The position numbers and the translations under genes are program-made. The notes under the pieces were generated by a model that was not told the DNA's origin, did not search any database, and saw only the letters and a program-made list of their open reading frames with translations. DNA of 64,000 bases from IMG/VR virus record IMGVR_UViG_3300026549_000032, positions 128,001 through 192,000 of that record, one strand, 5' to 3'. How positions within the stretch are numbered: the first letter of the stretch is position 1; the number at the start of each line of letters is the position of its first letter. This document shows positions 51,301 through 63,887 of the stretch, in pieces. Source of the DNA: a virus. Taxonomy: Duplodnaviria > Caudoviricetes.

Positions 51301-54160
51301 AGATTGCATTAGAGAACTTAGAGGAGATGATTGAGAAGAAATATATCTTAGACAAGAAAACCTTGACCTTTTTCAAGGCCTACATTGAGCCACAACATGA
51401 GTGGAGTAGGATGAGAATCGGTTCTGGGGAATGGGTTAAAGTTTTCAACGACATTAATCCTAAGACTGGTGAAAGAACTGGAAAGGGTTATGAAGAGGAT
51501 TGTATATTTGGATCGGCCAAGGAAGGTAAGAAAGGCCTGATTAAGTATATTGAAGGTCTGGTGAGTAATAATCACAATAAGATAAACCAACTCCGGGCTG
51601 AGAATTTAAAGTATTTGGAATTAATTGCTAAACTGAAAAATGAGTAACGAAGATTACATTAAAGAGTATCCCCACTTGTTTAAAGATGACATAGATAAGT
51701 GGTTATTTACTGAATGTAGTATCATGGGCGGTGCTTGCTCGTCTATTGAGAGCCTACGGTATTCTGTGGCAAGAGGAATTGCCGAGAAACTCTGGCGAGA
51801 CGATGCTCCACGAAAGCCAATCAAAGTATATCGCGTAGAAAATGAGGCTGAAGAGAAAGGTCTCTGGCGTAAGTTTGACGGAACGTGGGAACCACTGTTC
51901 GACATGCTGACGGATGGTAAGTGTAAGGACATGCCAATGGAATTTAGTCCCTTGTATAGCGAGGGCGGGAAGGCATGGTTTGCTAGTGCACCCAGTAAAG
52001 AAACCCTACAGGAATGGTTCAGTAGGAGAGACCTAGTAGAGCTCTTGAACGCTGGATTTACTATCTCCGAGTTCATTGTAACAAACTACAAGAAGGTCAG
52101 TGATTATGAGTATATCTTCACAAGAGATAGTATCTTATGTAGGTCCTACCTTGGCGTCGAGGACATATACCCGACAGACTTTGTTGGAAAATCAATAGAG
52201 TTCTGGACTGGATGTATAGAAGATTGCATGTCTAGGTACATGGAAACGTGGGACCCAGAGATGAAAGAGAAGACTATAGAGAACTTTCGTAAATTCTTAG
52301 AGAAAGATGACGCTGGCTGAGAAAAGAATAATTCAAGGTGAGATTAAGAGACTTAAGGGAAGTGGTTGTGCATCACCTCTGTCAGTCCTAGACGATCTTG
52401 ATGCTTTCGTTGAAAATTTGGCAGAGGAATTTATTGAGCCTGACTTCCAGAAACATGCTGAGATATGGTTGAACTACTTTGTCGAGAGAAACGACAGTGT
52501 TAAGCGGAAGTTAGTCTATGAGACGGCTAAGGAATTTGCTAAGTGGCAAAGAGAGCAGCTGAATAAAGTCTATATATTAGTTGGCTATAAAGCTGCCACT
52601 GAACCATATGGCCCTCAAGACAGTGATATTCTTGGTTATTGCTTTACTGAAGAAAAATGTAAAGAATTGCATGAGAGGCTCACTGATAAGTATATCCCAA
52701 AATACCTGGATCATTCAACCTGTAGTATGATAGGTTGGAAGTTTAAGGGTAAATTCGAAGACTTTCTCAAAAACCGAGATTATATTCTAAAGGACGTTAG
52801 TGATGAAGAGCTTAGGAAAGATTGGGATAAGTGCGGTAGAAGTACAAGTTTCGACCCAATATATGTAATGATAGGTTGGGAAGAGGTTGAACTAATTACT
52901 GATGAACTTCCTAAGTGCCGATATACTGGTGCTGTTTACGTAGAATAAAGAATTATGACAGACTTAGAAAAAGTAATAGCAGAGATTGAGAGACGTAGGG
53001 AGATTAACTTTAACGTCAGCCAACAGTGTAGATTACAAGAAGATGATGAAATTATCAGCTATATCAAGACTCTCATAAAGAGAAGAAAAGAGCCCGCCGA
53101 AGAAGGTGGTGCTAATCCTTCTCTGATCGAGAAAGCAACTAGGTGGTTTGATAATATCGTCGATGAGTGCCAAAAGCTGACGACCGGAAATGTATCTCAC
53201 ATAGGGACACAGATAAAAGGCATGGCTAAGAGGTCTGCCGAGTACTTACGCAGACACAAGGATGATCCTACTAACACAGATTTCAAGAAGGAGTTGAATG
53301 AATGGTGTAGATATACTCATCAGAATGCCATAGTTGCGACGGCTGTTCACTTCGCTAATTGGCAGAAAGAGCAGATAATGAGAGAAGCTGTTGATGGTTA
53401 TGTAAGTAAAGAAGATTCGTCTATTGTCTTTACCGATGCAGAGATGGGAACAGATAAAGTTAAAGTAATGGCTGTATGACTGAAAAAGAAATAATCAGAG
53501 AAGAGGTAAGGAGACGGAGAAAAGAGAATTTTGATCATTCTCAGCAGGCAAAAGCATTGGAGGACGATGATATTCTCTACTTCATTGACAATATGCCCAC
53601 CGAAGAAGAGAAGAAACAGTCACAGTGGTTGAAAGAACTCCAGGATAAACTGGATAATGCCACTGATGAAGAGATAAAAAAGTGGTGGGAGAAGTATTTC
53701 AAAGACAGAGAGGAAAAGAAACCTCTTTGGAAAAGAGTATTTAGCTGGATTAGGAGAGATGCTGTTTAAAAGTCAATACGATATTGGTCAAAGTGTGTGG
53801 GCAGTTCAGCAACAATATGAACCTGTTCGTAACGCCTGCAAGCTTTGTCATGGAAAAGGAATGGTTCAGATAGTTGGCTCAGAAAAACTAGCCGTCTGTC
53901 CAGAATGTAAAGGACATGGTTATTTCGACGGTGGAGCCATTTATCGATGGGTTCTTGGCATACACTCAGTGGTCGGTCAGATTAATATTAAAGCTGTAAA
54001 AACACCTAATAAAGGAATTATTACGACAGTTGAGTACATGCTGAGAGACTCTGGAATTGGAAGCGGGTCTATTTGGAAAGAAGATCAACTCTTCTTGACA
54101 AAAGAGGAGGCCGAAGCCTACTGTGATAGAATGAATGAATTGGAAAGTTCTAGCAAGTGA
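45371..54160 (+). CDS. Run of about 19 hypothetical genes, including 46687-47772, 48193-49104, Cys-rich 49545-49778, paralogs 52307/52955/53476 and CxxCxGxG zinc-finger 53759-54160
   Basis: ORF track, co-oriented and mostly overlapping, in units each preceded by CCTTA-N4-TG. Confidence 0.7.
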
Positions 54161-54545
54161 TTCGGTATCGCTGGCCTTCAGAGAATCCATAAAATTCTAT
54201 AACAGCCTTTGGAAAAAGGGTTTAGGACCGTATCCACCATATGTAGCAGGAGAGTATGTCTGGCAAGACATACGATTGATTCCTGGAACTAATATAATAA
54301 TATTAATTCCTTATGACTACCAAGATGGTACGTACGGAGTGATTGGGGAATTTGATGGCTGGAAATATGTGCAACCAATCTTAATTACATGTATTGCTGA
54401 ATTACATAGATATTTGAATGTGGTTAGTAATGATATCTACAAAGCGTTGGTTCATATACTGAGCGAACATACTGCGATAGTAGCAGATTATTCAATCTTA
54501 ACTACAGATATTCCAGACGCAATACCTATAACGAGCAATTATTGA
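54135..54545 (+). CDS. MxW-tag protein MNWKVL with a weak capsid-like segment
   Basis: YVAG...IGEFDG pattern matches neighbours. Confidence 0.7.
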   Translation: MNWKVLASDSVSLAFRESIKFYNSLWKKGLGPYPPYVAGEYVWQDIRLIPGTNIIILIPYDYQDGTYGVIGEFDGWKYVQPILITCIAELHRYLNVVSNDIYKALVHILSEHTAIVADYSILTTDIPDAIPITSNY

Positions 54546-54549
54546 TAGT

Positions 54550-55170
54550 ATGAAGTGGAAAAAGAAAATAAGATTCGAAAGGTTTGTTATTAACCTAAGA
54601 GAATTAGATGACGGTTGGAAACCTAAGGAGACCCTCGATTCCATGATAATTAAGGCTGAATGTAAGCTGGCAATTAAAACAGTTAAAGGAAATAGTCCAA
54701 ATCTGATTATAGCCGGATCGAGACTCCTAGAAGAGTTTAAGAAGAGTAGCCTATGGGATGACACCCTTAGCATTAACGTACTAGGGCCTATACCAGCTAC
54801 AGATATAGTTAATGAATTTGGAACTGAATGTGAAGGATTCTACAAAGGGATTACTGTTTACTCTTCTGATGATATCCCAGATAACGAAGGGTATCTAATA
54901 GGAAACTGCTCTGGTGTTAATCATGGGCCTGGAATATTGAGGTTAGTTTGGGAAGATGGTACTGAACCAGATAAGAAAGTCTCTATGAAACTAAGCCATC
55001 TTGAACTAACTATGCTCTTGGATTCTCCTAGATTAACCACTAGATTGAGAGAATACTTACTAGAGAAAGACCTCGGTTTCTGGGGAAAGGCTGGATTTTT
55101 CAGAAAGTATAACTGGGATCATTTCTCAACAGAAGAGTTGCTTGAAATCTATCAGGCAATAAAGGAGTAA
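54550..55170 (+). CDS. MxW-tag protein MKWKKK with a major-capsid-like internal domain
   Basis: IIKAECKLAIKTVKGNSPNLIIAG...GFYKGITVY resembles gp23 IDKEAVEIARQTGRGEGNFIIAS...GVLGGKYRVY (recalled). Confidence 0.8.
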   Translation: MKWKKKIRFERFVINLRELDDGWKPKETLDSMIIKAECKLAIKTVKGNSPNLIIAGSRLLEEFKKSSLWDDTLSINVLGPIPATDIVNEFGTECEGFYKGITVYSSDDIPDNEGYLIGNCSGVNHGPGILRLVWEDGTEPDKKVSMKLSHLELTMLLDSPRLTTRLREYLLEKDLGFWGKAGFFRKYNWDHFSTEELLEIYQAIKE

Positions 55171-55221
55171 ATCTCCTTTTTATTTTCACAGCCTTATAAG
55201 AGAAGATAAACATAAGAATAT

Positions 55222-56578
55222 ATGAAAAAGATCGAAAAATTAGAGAACGGTAAATTTATTTTTGATTTTGATAAATATTTTTCGTTGCCAGAGGCCATTA
55301 AGGGTCAACTACACGAAGAAGGTGACCTGAGTGACGAGGCTATCTTGAAACTTGTTACCTACTGCTATGGAACTAAGGAAGATAATCCAAGCTTTACTGA
55401 CAAGCAATGGAAGAAGTATCTAAACCAATGGATAGAGGATGTAAGAAACTACAAACCCGGCGAGAAGTGTGTATGCCAAACAGTGCATGAATATTCTGGC
55501 AGTACTAGGGTTGGTGAAGGTGGAAGATATACTTGTTTGAGTATGAACTCAAGCATTGACAATCAAACTGGAAAACGAAGCTATTACCTAGAAGCTTCTG
55601 GAGATGATCAAGATTTCTTAAGTATTCGATATTGTCCTATCTGTGGAAGAAAATTATGGTAGATAATTTAGTAAACCCTTTCATCGGATATAAACCGCCT
55701 TTCGAGTTTGACGGGCATAGTTATATATTTACAGATGAAGGTTCCATGGCTCTTTGTAGCCAGAACTGGGACGATGTAGAAGATATTCTTGAGAGAGTAG
55801 AAGGCCTCCTGAATAAAAAGAGAGAAGACTATTTTGAAGCTATTGGAACTACTGAGAGCGATCCTTGTGCATTGAAGATAGACAACGTTTGGTTTATCAT
55901 TCGTGGTTGGGGTCACCTGACGGGAACTGGTGCAATGAATCTCCCTCAGAAGGAGGCTTGTGAAATACAAGATGCTTTCAGAGATTGGCTTATCGCTCGG
56001 TTGAAAGGTAAGGAGAGTCCTTATGACATCTACTATCAGGAAGCTAAAGATAGAGTTATTCCAATCCCAGAACCCGAACCAGAACCTGAGATTCCCGAAG
56101 ATGCTAAGTATACAGAGATAATTTTGGAAGAAGGGGAAGAACTTCCTGATCTCTGGTCTACGGCGCAGATTCGAATTAAGAAAGTCCCTAAGGGTTGGAG
56201 AAAGAAACAGGAGAGGAAGAAACGGCTAGAAATGTTAGCCGTTCAACAGCCTTTCTATACTAGATTCTTGAGACTAAGGAGGAAGAAAAGATGACATTGA
56301 TAATTTACATAGTTGTTGCTTTCATCAATGTTGTACTTCACATACTCAGAAGCATACTAGTTATTAAGTCAGGTAAACTCCTGGCTTCTTTTGCGAACTG
56401 TGTCTGCTACACATTCTCGGCCGTTGTTATAAAGTTTATAGCAGAGGTTGATCTCATGACAGCCATTATTGTACAGGCGGCCACTAATTTCTTAGGATGT
56501 TGGGTTGGTATGACCCTCGGTGACTGGATAACAGAGAAATATGGTGTTCAAAGATTTAACAGCAAGAATAACACTTGA
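55222..56578 (+). CDS. Three genes: 55222-55662 (C-terminal CPICG), 55632-56294, and 56291-56578 (small multi-TM, DUF5698-like)
   Basis: ORF track motifs and hydrophobicity. Confidence 0.7.
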
Positions 56579-58989
56579 CCTGAGAAGATCAGAACCAGGG
56601 GCAGAGAGAAAAGTAGATTTCTTGAAACGCTTAGATGAGACTTTTGAGAAGAAAATCATTAACCACCTGAACAGGATGGGGTACAAGCCTTTTTCGATGT
56701 TTGTCAAAGAGAAAGATATGGGGCTTTTCTCATGTAGTCGTAATTTCGACAATGATGGAGGTACTTACTTTGGACTTAAAGTCTTTGCTTCTAACAACAT
56801 GATCAACCCAGAGTATGGAGTTTTCGTGACGGGAAGGAATCAAAAACGACCAACCCCAACAAAGATCATCAGCAGTTTAATACCTTACGACTTGTTGCTA
56901 TGATATTCAAATATCTAACTATACAATACCCACCCTTATTCGCAGATGATATAGACTACGAGATTGAGGAGAAGATATTTAACGTAAATCCCGGCGTCTT
57001 AACATTCTATGTAGGGAAAGAAGTATTGGAAGTTCTTAAAGAATCTCCATACTACATAAGACGAGGTAAGTATTGTTCTGATGGACGAACTGGAACTTAT
57101 GATAAGAGAGCAGTTTTCTTAGTCGATTATCTCCTACCAACGGTTCTTGTAGCAGAAGGTCCGAGGGATGAAATGACGTTTAGAGTCTGTAAGTAAGACT
57201 CTTTTCTTTTTGCCTTACCTATAGAAATTAAAAAATTTTAAGATATGTTTGAAGAAATAAAAGTAAAGAAAGTATTTCAGCTTGCACCAGAAAATGCACG
57301 CGAACCGATTATCACGACTACAGATGAAATAGAAGCTAGGAAAATGGCCGAACAGGCTAACAAAAATATAGCTTACATGAAAAAGATGCGAGAAGGATTG
57401 ATCTCTCGCCCTGACTGGAAGGAGGTTATGGAAGATTTTGAAGAGAATGGGAAACTTCCAGAAGACTTCTATAAATACTTTATGCTTTGTTATTTCAATT
57501 ATGATTTCCTCGCCAAAGAGCATCTGTTCAAGATGGACTATGAAACCAATATAGAATGGATGGAGTATGAGACCAATACTTGGGTAGCCCTAGATAAGCG
57601 TGAAGTAGATGAAGATGAACGACACCACGACTGGGTTTCTTGTGGCTGTAATTGCTATATTCTTAATACAAAAGATTACTATAAATTGTATATAGGAGAT
57701 GAACCGCAGCACAGATCTGTCAAAATACCGAAGGATTATTCTTATGAAGACTTTAAGAAGGAAATGTCTGTAAGGCATACCAACAAAGAGATGGCAGAAA
57801 ATCCAGTCTTAGACAGAATAGAACAAATTCTTACGTTTGAAGAGCATAGGATTATTTTCTGTGAACTAGATTAAGATGATATTTAAGAACATAGATATAG
57901 GAACACGGATAATCAAGATACCACATCTCTATAACTTAGAGCAATCGTTAAATCTTCTTGACTATGAGCTTGGAAGAGCTTGGTTTCTAGATTTTAAAAA
58001 GGGATTTAATAGAATACAAAGTATACTGTGTGGAATTAAAGTATACGACCTATTTGTATTCTATAATGATTTCAAGAAAACCAATCCTGCTTCTGGTTGG
58101 AATACTGGATCTAACCCAATTAGATTAAGTAAGAGGTTAAAACCAGACCACATTTCTATTACTCTTGAAAAACCAAGTACGAATCCAGCATCTGATTGCC
58201 AAGTTGTAGAACTTGAACTTAGAATAATAGAAATATGAAAAAGAAAAGAGATTATACACCCCTAACAAGGGAATATTTCGAGAAAGCAGGCTATGACATT
58301 AAACTCGAGGATAGAGAGCCTTTAATGCCAGGACTTGAACCTTGGAAAGAGTGGGTTGCATACCTGAATAGGAGCCTAGACAATGGTGATGAGGTCTATA
58401 TTAAAGGGTATGTCACCAACTCAATGTACGAAGGAAGATTTGTCTTCACTGGTAACATAGGAAGTGACTTGCATGCTTGTGTTAGACTTTATACAGTCAA
58501 TGACCTAATGAACTTATACGCTTTGGGTCATATAACACCAGATTTTAAACAAGTTCATGATAAACCCTATATAAACAAGGATATTAAAATATGATATTTA
58601 GTTTTTCGGAGCAAAATCTTAAACTTGCCACTCTTCCAACAATAATAACTTTAGATGTAACTGGACCTACTAAAAATTTTTTAGATTATAGATCTAAAAT
58701 TAAATGGTTTGAAGCCTGTATTGATATATTCTTATGGGAAGCTTTAGGACCAGTAATGCCAGGAATGCTTCGAGGTTATGTGTGTTGTAGAGAATTAGCA
58801 AATCTATTCCAAAAAACAAAACTCCTAGGTAGTTTCAAGGATAACTCCGCAGATCCAACAACTGTTGGTCAATATAAAGGTTTTGATGTTTGGTATCTCA
58901 GAAACGTACCGAATGGAGTCGGGTATGTTATGTATACACACGACGATATAACTAAAAAGCCTGGTTATCTTAAATTTGAAATTAAGTAA
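56541..58989 (+). CDS. MxF-tag proteins 56541 (MVFKDL), 56900 (MIFKYL), 57876 (MIFKNI), 58591 (MIFSFS), plus hypotheticals 57245 and 58235
   Basis: Shared M-[IV]-F starts. 58591 and more weakly 56900 share the G.Y..V segment with 54550. Confidence 0.75.
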
Positions 58990-59028
58990 TAGTTTTCTGC
59001 TATTACTTTTTCTTTCCTTATTAGTGTA

Positions 59029-59343
59029 ATGAAGAAAAAGAAAAGAATTATAACTAAGTTTAAGCTTAGATCAGTCGTATTAGATGCGAATGATAATGTA
59101 GAGAAGATTATTCGAGAATCCCCAGAATTCGGGAAAGATCAAATCTCTGTTGGCATTTATACTCTCCTCTGCAAAGATGCGCAGGAATGGGAATATCAGG
59201 AACTCCTTCGCCTAGACAGTGAGTATGACTTGACAACCTGGGATACACCTGATTTCAAAATCCTCGAGATCCAGATCAAGTATAATGATGAACCTGATTG
59301 GGAATATTTTGAAGATCCAATCGAAGGCTACTACAATCTCTAG
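59029..59343 (+). CDS. Hypothetical protein
   Basis: ATG just after the promoter-like motif at 59016. Confidence 0.75.
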   Translation: MKKKKRIITKFKLRSVVLDANDNVEKIIRESPEFGKDQISVGIYTLLCKDAQEWEYQELLRLDSEYDLTTWDTPDFKILEIQIKYNDEPDWEYFEDPIEGYYNL

Positions 59344-59446
59344 GCCTTACCCATGATATGGAAGAAGAAAATAAAGATTGGAAATCAAGTGCAATAGTAT
59401 TTGTAATTATGATGACAATATTGTTTTTATTAGCAGCTATATTTAT

Positions 59447-60019
59447 ATGAAAGAAAAAGTAGAGCTAGTGATAAGAGCAAACGATTACTCAACGGAAGAC
59501 TTGAAGGCACTTTATATCAGAAATAGAGATGCCTTGGTCCTCGATGAGAAGGCTAGTAATAGTAAAATAGAAGATTCTATCCGAGACTGTAAAGGAGCCG
59601 TGATGATGTTAGGTCATGGTACCGAGAATGGACTCTTAGGAGTTTTAAACCTAGATACCTTTGAATCTAATCGCTTCCTGATTTCCTCTAGACATGTCCA
59701 GTTTTTGCGAGGGAAGACCTGTGTAGGGATATGGTGTAATGCTAATGTCTTTGCTGGGAAGTATGGTCTTACTGGGTTGTTCTCTGGTATGGTCGTATCG
59801 GAGTTTGAAGAGGCTGTTATGCTATCTATTCAAGCTGATAAAGATGAAATCCTAGCCCACAATTACATCTGGTCTGGTGACTTGTCCTATTGTTTGGCGA
59901 ACTACGACCTGAAGGATGTTCCAGCAGCTATGCTAGAAAGAGATAAGTGGCATACTCCACTAACGGAATTCAATTATTCATCTTTATATTACTTCGAGAA
60001 TGGGGAAGAACTTTTGTAA
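59447..60019 (+). CDS. Possible caspase-hemoglobinase-fold (His-Cys) protein
   Basis: VMMLGHG and VGIWCNA motifs. Preceded by a 30-aa TM ORF at 59358-59450. Confidence 0.55.
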   Translation: MKEKVELVIRANDYSTEDLKALYIRNRDALVLDEKASNSKIEDSIRDCKGAVMMLGHGTENGLLGVLNLDTFESNRFLISSRHVQFLRGKTCVGIWCNANVFAGKYGLTGLFSGMVVSEFEEAVMLSIQADKDEILAHNYIWSGDLSYCLANYDLKDVPAAMLERDKWHTPLTEFNYSSLYYFENGEELL

Positions 60020-63000
60020 GGTGGAAGGCAAGTGGTGTAAGCTCCTGAGACGTGGAGTCTGTGGAGAAACAAAGACAGACCTGAATCAGGTTAACCGTTG
60101 TCCAAAGCTGGCTAGAATAGAGACAAGAAGATTGGCAGATCTCTTAAAGGAAGTTAGTTTTGATCCTGTCTTCTATAAGCTCTGCCACTGGTTTAACGAT
60201 CAGGAAGGTAGTCGAAATGGATATGAGAGTGTTTTTAATAAACTTGTTCTCATGAGTCCGAAGAAACATAGGCTCGATGACTTGTTTATTGAAATTCACA
60301 TAGTCAAAGAAGACGATGGTAGTGAATGGCTTAACGTCAGTGGTGTTAGTGTGCTTGGAAGCGATACCACCAGCTATGGAATTGAGTTTAATCCTTGGCG
60401 AGATTGGGTATCATCCTTCATAACCCAGAAAACTCTTGACACTCTTGATAAAGAGGACATTGTAGCAGCTTGCCTCTATGAAATGACCTTCTTTGGATTC
60501 GAGGAACAGAGAGTCCAAGACGAGAAGAACAAGATATTCAATAGTATAGAGGAATGTAAGAAAGCAGTTAAAGATGGGAAGATTTAAATACAAGGATAAG
60601 TTTACTGAAGAAGAGATCAAGGCTGATGCCAAGAGAAAGGAAGAAGAGGATAAAAGGAAGTATGGCGATAAGATGCCGAGACTTCTGACAGGAAAAGATT
60701 ATCTGAGACTTTCCAAGGAATGGTTTAAACTTGAAACCACGGTAAACTCCTATGCCAATTCCATGGATGTCCCTGAAAAATATTGGGATTTTTGGTTTGC
60801 GTATGGTCATTTTGATAACGATTTTGATGGTTATTTTGCAGAGGCAGCTGGAGAACTTTCTGAACAGTATACAACTGAGATGAGAAGTGCTGTCTTGAAC
60901 TATGCTTGGCATACATATAACAAGAAGGAAGGTGAGGAGATAACTTACCCAGCACCGACCTTAGAGAAATACTTAGACGATGTCTTTGAAAGAGAGCTTC
61001 GTGCATTCAGAGACGAAGATACCTTAGAGAAGATTATCCGAACATCTGTCGCCCTGAAAGCTGGTATCAGAGATGTTAATAACCAGAGCTTTGATAAAGA
61101 ATTCAACAATATTCTGAATTACTTCAAGCCGGGGACTGATGGTAGAGAACATTGCTATATTGGTAAGAAGAGAGTTTTTGAGTTCTTAAACGAAGCTCAA
61201 TATAACTCAGAGAAGATAAACATAACTCCGAAAAACTATAAGAATTGTTGGTGGAACGGAGACGTCATGGTTTGTCATATAAGTGGTGAAGAAATTGATA
61301 TATTATGAACAGCGAACAAGAACAAAAAGCAAGAGAAGTAAAGGATAAAGTAATATCCGACTTCAAAAAGATTAATGAGATGATGGTTCATGCATTACCT
61401 TTGAAAGATGTCATCTCTATCCTGAAGACTGTTATCCAAATACTGGAAGATCAAAGTGAAGGACAGGACCACGGAAGTACTTGTCTCTTCTATTCCTATA
61501 GAGAGGAGGAAGAAAGGTTCTCTATTAGTATCAGATTTGATCAGTCTTATAAAGTCTACTACAAGGAAGACAACTATCGAGTTGGAGTAGGATATAACTG
61601 TAAGTATGAAGATACTAAACCTCTTGACGAAACAGCAGGTATAGTTTTAAGATATATTCTAAGAGTTCTTATTGAAGACTTGTTAGAGAATTGTAATTCA
61701 ACAAGCTCTTTACTAACTTATATAATAGATCACAAAGATGAATAAGAAAGCGTTATTAGAATTACTCAGTTTTCCGTCAGAGAAAGTATTGCCAGGGACT
61801 GATGTAGAGAAGCTGAAAGTTTATGAGAAAGATCTTAATAAGATTCTTGATCAGTTAGCAAGCTATAAAGAGAAGATCAGAGAACAACTCAGAGAGAAAG
61901 AGGTTGAGCCCAGATTAAAAGAAGTGGCTCAAATAATCTTCGACGCTTATCCAGAAGTTGAATTTATCGCCATCTTAGAGAGATATTGTTCGGACGATGA
62001 TTCTGGTAACTGTTATTACTGCACAGAAACGACGAATAACGTATTTCCAGATATTAATGAAGATGATGATCCTTCTAGATGGACGAAAAAGGTGGAATCA
62101 GCGTATGAAGAACTGTGTAATCTCTTCACAGAGTTGTATCCAGATCTAAACTTTGATGATGAAGATAATGCAGCATTCTGTAGGCCAAAAGCTTACTACG
62201 GAATAGATAAAGAGTTTGATGCTGCCAGATGGGAAGAGGAGTAAATTCTTCTCTTCTTTTTCCTTACCTATGTGAATATATTTGGAATGAAGACTAGAAA
62301 ATGTAAGGATTGTCCCTTCGCACAAGCAATTGAAGGAATTAAGGATAAAGTTAAGTGTACCCTTCATATTGATAAAAAGTGGTACAATGAAAAAGAGCTT
62401 GATCATAAGTGTGACTTCTCAGAGGAAACCGTTAAGCTCCTGAGTGGTCAGAAACCTAGCCAACATAGGTTGTTTGTTCTTGTGAACGATAAGTTCAAAG
62501 GCAATATGACTGAAACTCTCAAGTGGGCTGGTAGAGCCATAGTCCAATATTATAGAGACATCATGGAGCTTTATGCCGATTATGCTTTCTCTAGTACAGA
62601 TGATGAGTTCCAAGACTACTTTGGGGAAGCTTGGGCTGGTCCAGCAGAGTTTGTATATCTTTGGTATCCAGAGGAAGACTTTAAGGGTTGGTCTAGGTGT
62701 CACTGGAATTTTAGGAACAATGGTCTTAAGTATATTACCGCTAGTAATGCTGAGGATGAAAATAATCAGATTATGTCCGTCGCTATCTGGGAAGATGACA
62801 TCTATGATAAGAACAACTATGATTACTGTGACTATGACTGGGGTATTGAATATGCCCTGAAGATATTGGAGAAAGAATTAAAGAGGATTACATAAATAAT
62901 GGACTAATGGTGTATAGCATTGACCCAATAGTATTAAGCAAAGGCTCAGAGATACTCATGTATCTTACAACTAGGATAGTACGGGACTTAGAGCAACAGA

Positions 63001-63161
63001 AGATTAGCGCAGTCCAAACTACTTATAACGGAAGTGGATCTTCGGATATTTCTATTATCCCTATTAGAGGAGGACTGAGAACATTTCACTTCTACGATGG
63101 AAAAGACAAAGAGAATAAGGATGAACTCGAAAGCTTGAGGAAATTCTTAGGTTGGAAATGA
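60000..63161 (+). CDS. Hypothetical genes 60000 (DUF6557-like), 60574, 61305, 61738, 62272, 62907 (MVYSID)
   Basis: ORF track. 60000 has YGIEF.PW..W and CLYEMTFFGF. Confidence 0.7.
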
Positions 63162-63329
63162 ATGGTCTGGAATTTCACTAAACAGCTAAAAGCTATTCGT
63201 TCTAGGACAGGAGCAGGAATGGCTAACATTAAACGAGCTTTTTTCAAGAATAGATGTAATGTAGATAGAGCCGTAACAGATATTAATGGATTTCCGGATA
63301 GTGGATATGTAATCTTAAGTACGAAATGA
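63162..63329 (+). CDS. MxW microprotein (55 aa) carrying an EF-Ts N-terminal-domain-like segment
   Basis: Hand translated MVWNFTKQLKAIRSRTGAGMANIKRAFFKNRCNVDRAVTDI.., compared with EF-Ts [30 protein letters not shown]. Confidence 0.8.
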   Translation: MVWNFTKQLKAIRSRTGAGMANIKRAFFKNRCNVDRAVTDINGFPDSGYVILSTK

Positions 63330-63463
63330 CTAGGAAAGAAGAGATAGAGAAACAGATTGCAGAAAATGCAGAAGCCTTTAAACGTGGTGATATGACCTAT
63401 GAGGAACTTCACAGTGAGCAATACCTCCTGTTTAAAGAGCTGAGGGAGATAGAAGGAGAATGA
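63326..63463 (+). CDS. 45-aa acidic helical microprotein
   Basis: Hand translated, ATGA overlap. Confidence 0.65.
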   Translation: MTRKEEIEKQIAENAEAFKRGDMTYEELHSEQYLLFKELREIEGE

Positions 63464-63506
63464 TATCTCCTTTTTCCTTATCTGTGGAATAAAACAATAA
63501 TAAGAT

Positions 63507-63887
63507 ATGAAAGCAGCAAATTACGGTATTAGTAACAAATTTCCTTGTGCTGTATTTATTTATCAGGTAGAATCACCTGACGGAGGAAATGACAGAACTA
63601 GGGCAATAGCTAGAACTTGGGAAGAACTTAGTTATTATGTGGTTCAAGCTCTCCTCGATGAGCAAGATAGCTATTATATCAAGCTTGGAGACGAGAAGAT
63701 TGACTTAACTGATGAAGAGCTCTTTAAGAAGATTGATCAGAAGTGGCCACAGACTACTAGATATCAGGCTATGGTCTACCTCTTAGAGAGATCCATCCGA
63801 GAGGGTACTGAGGAAGATATAGAGAACGCCTTGAAGGATTTCAACAAAACTTACCCAGATCTTAAGTTCAAATGGATAAAGAGATAA
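63507..63887 (+). CDS. Hypothetical protein
   Basis: Follows the promoter-like motif at 63476. Confidence 0.75.
   Translation: MKAANYGISNKFPCAVFIYQVESPDGGNDRTRAIARTWEELSYYVVQALLDEQDSYYIKLGDEKIDLTDEELFKKIDQKWPQTTRYQAMVYLLERSIREGTEEDIENALKDFNKTYPDLKFKWIKR

Larger units (their letters stand above)
4257..63486. promoter_or_regulatory. Dispersed promoter-like motif [C/T/A]CTTA-N4-T[G/A] (about 28 copies)
   Basis: Minus strand: 4263, 5251, 5422, 7195, 9555, 13614, 17041, 18364, 18532, 19299, 22835, 23501, 24816. Plus strand: 24861, 26845, 28229, 32832, 36399, 38493, 42698, 45341, 46247, 49132, 51055, 55192, 57213, 59016, 59345, 62262, 63476. All listed copies are oriented with the downstream unit, usually just after a terminator. 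Confidence 0.85.
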
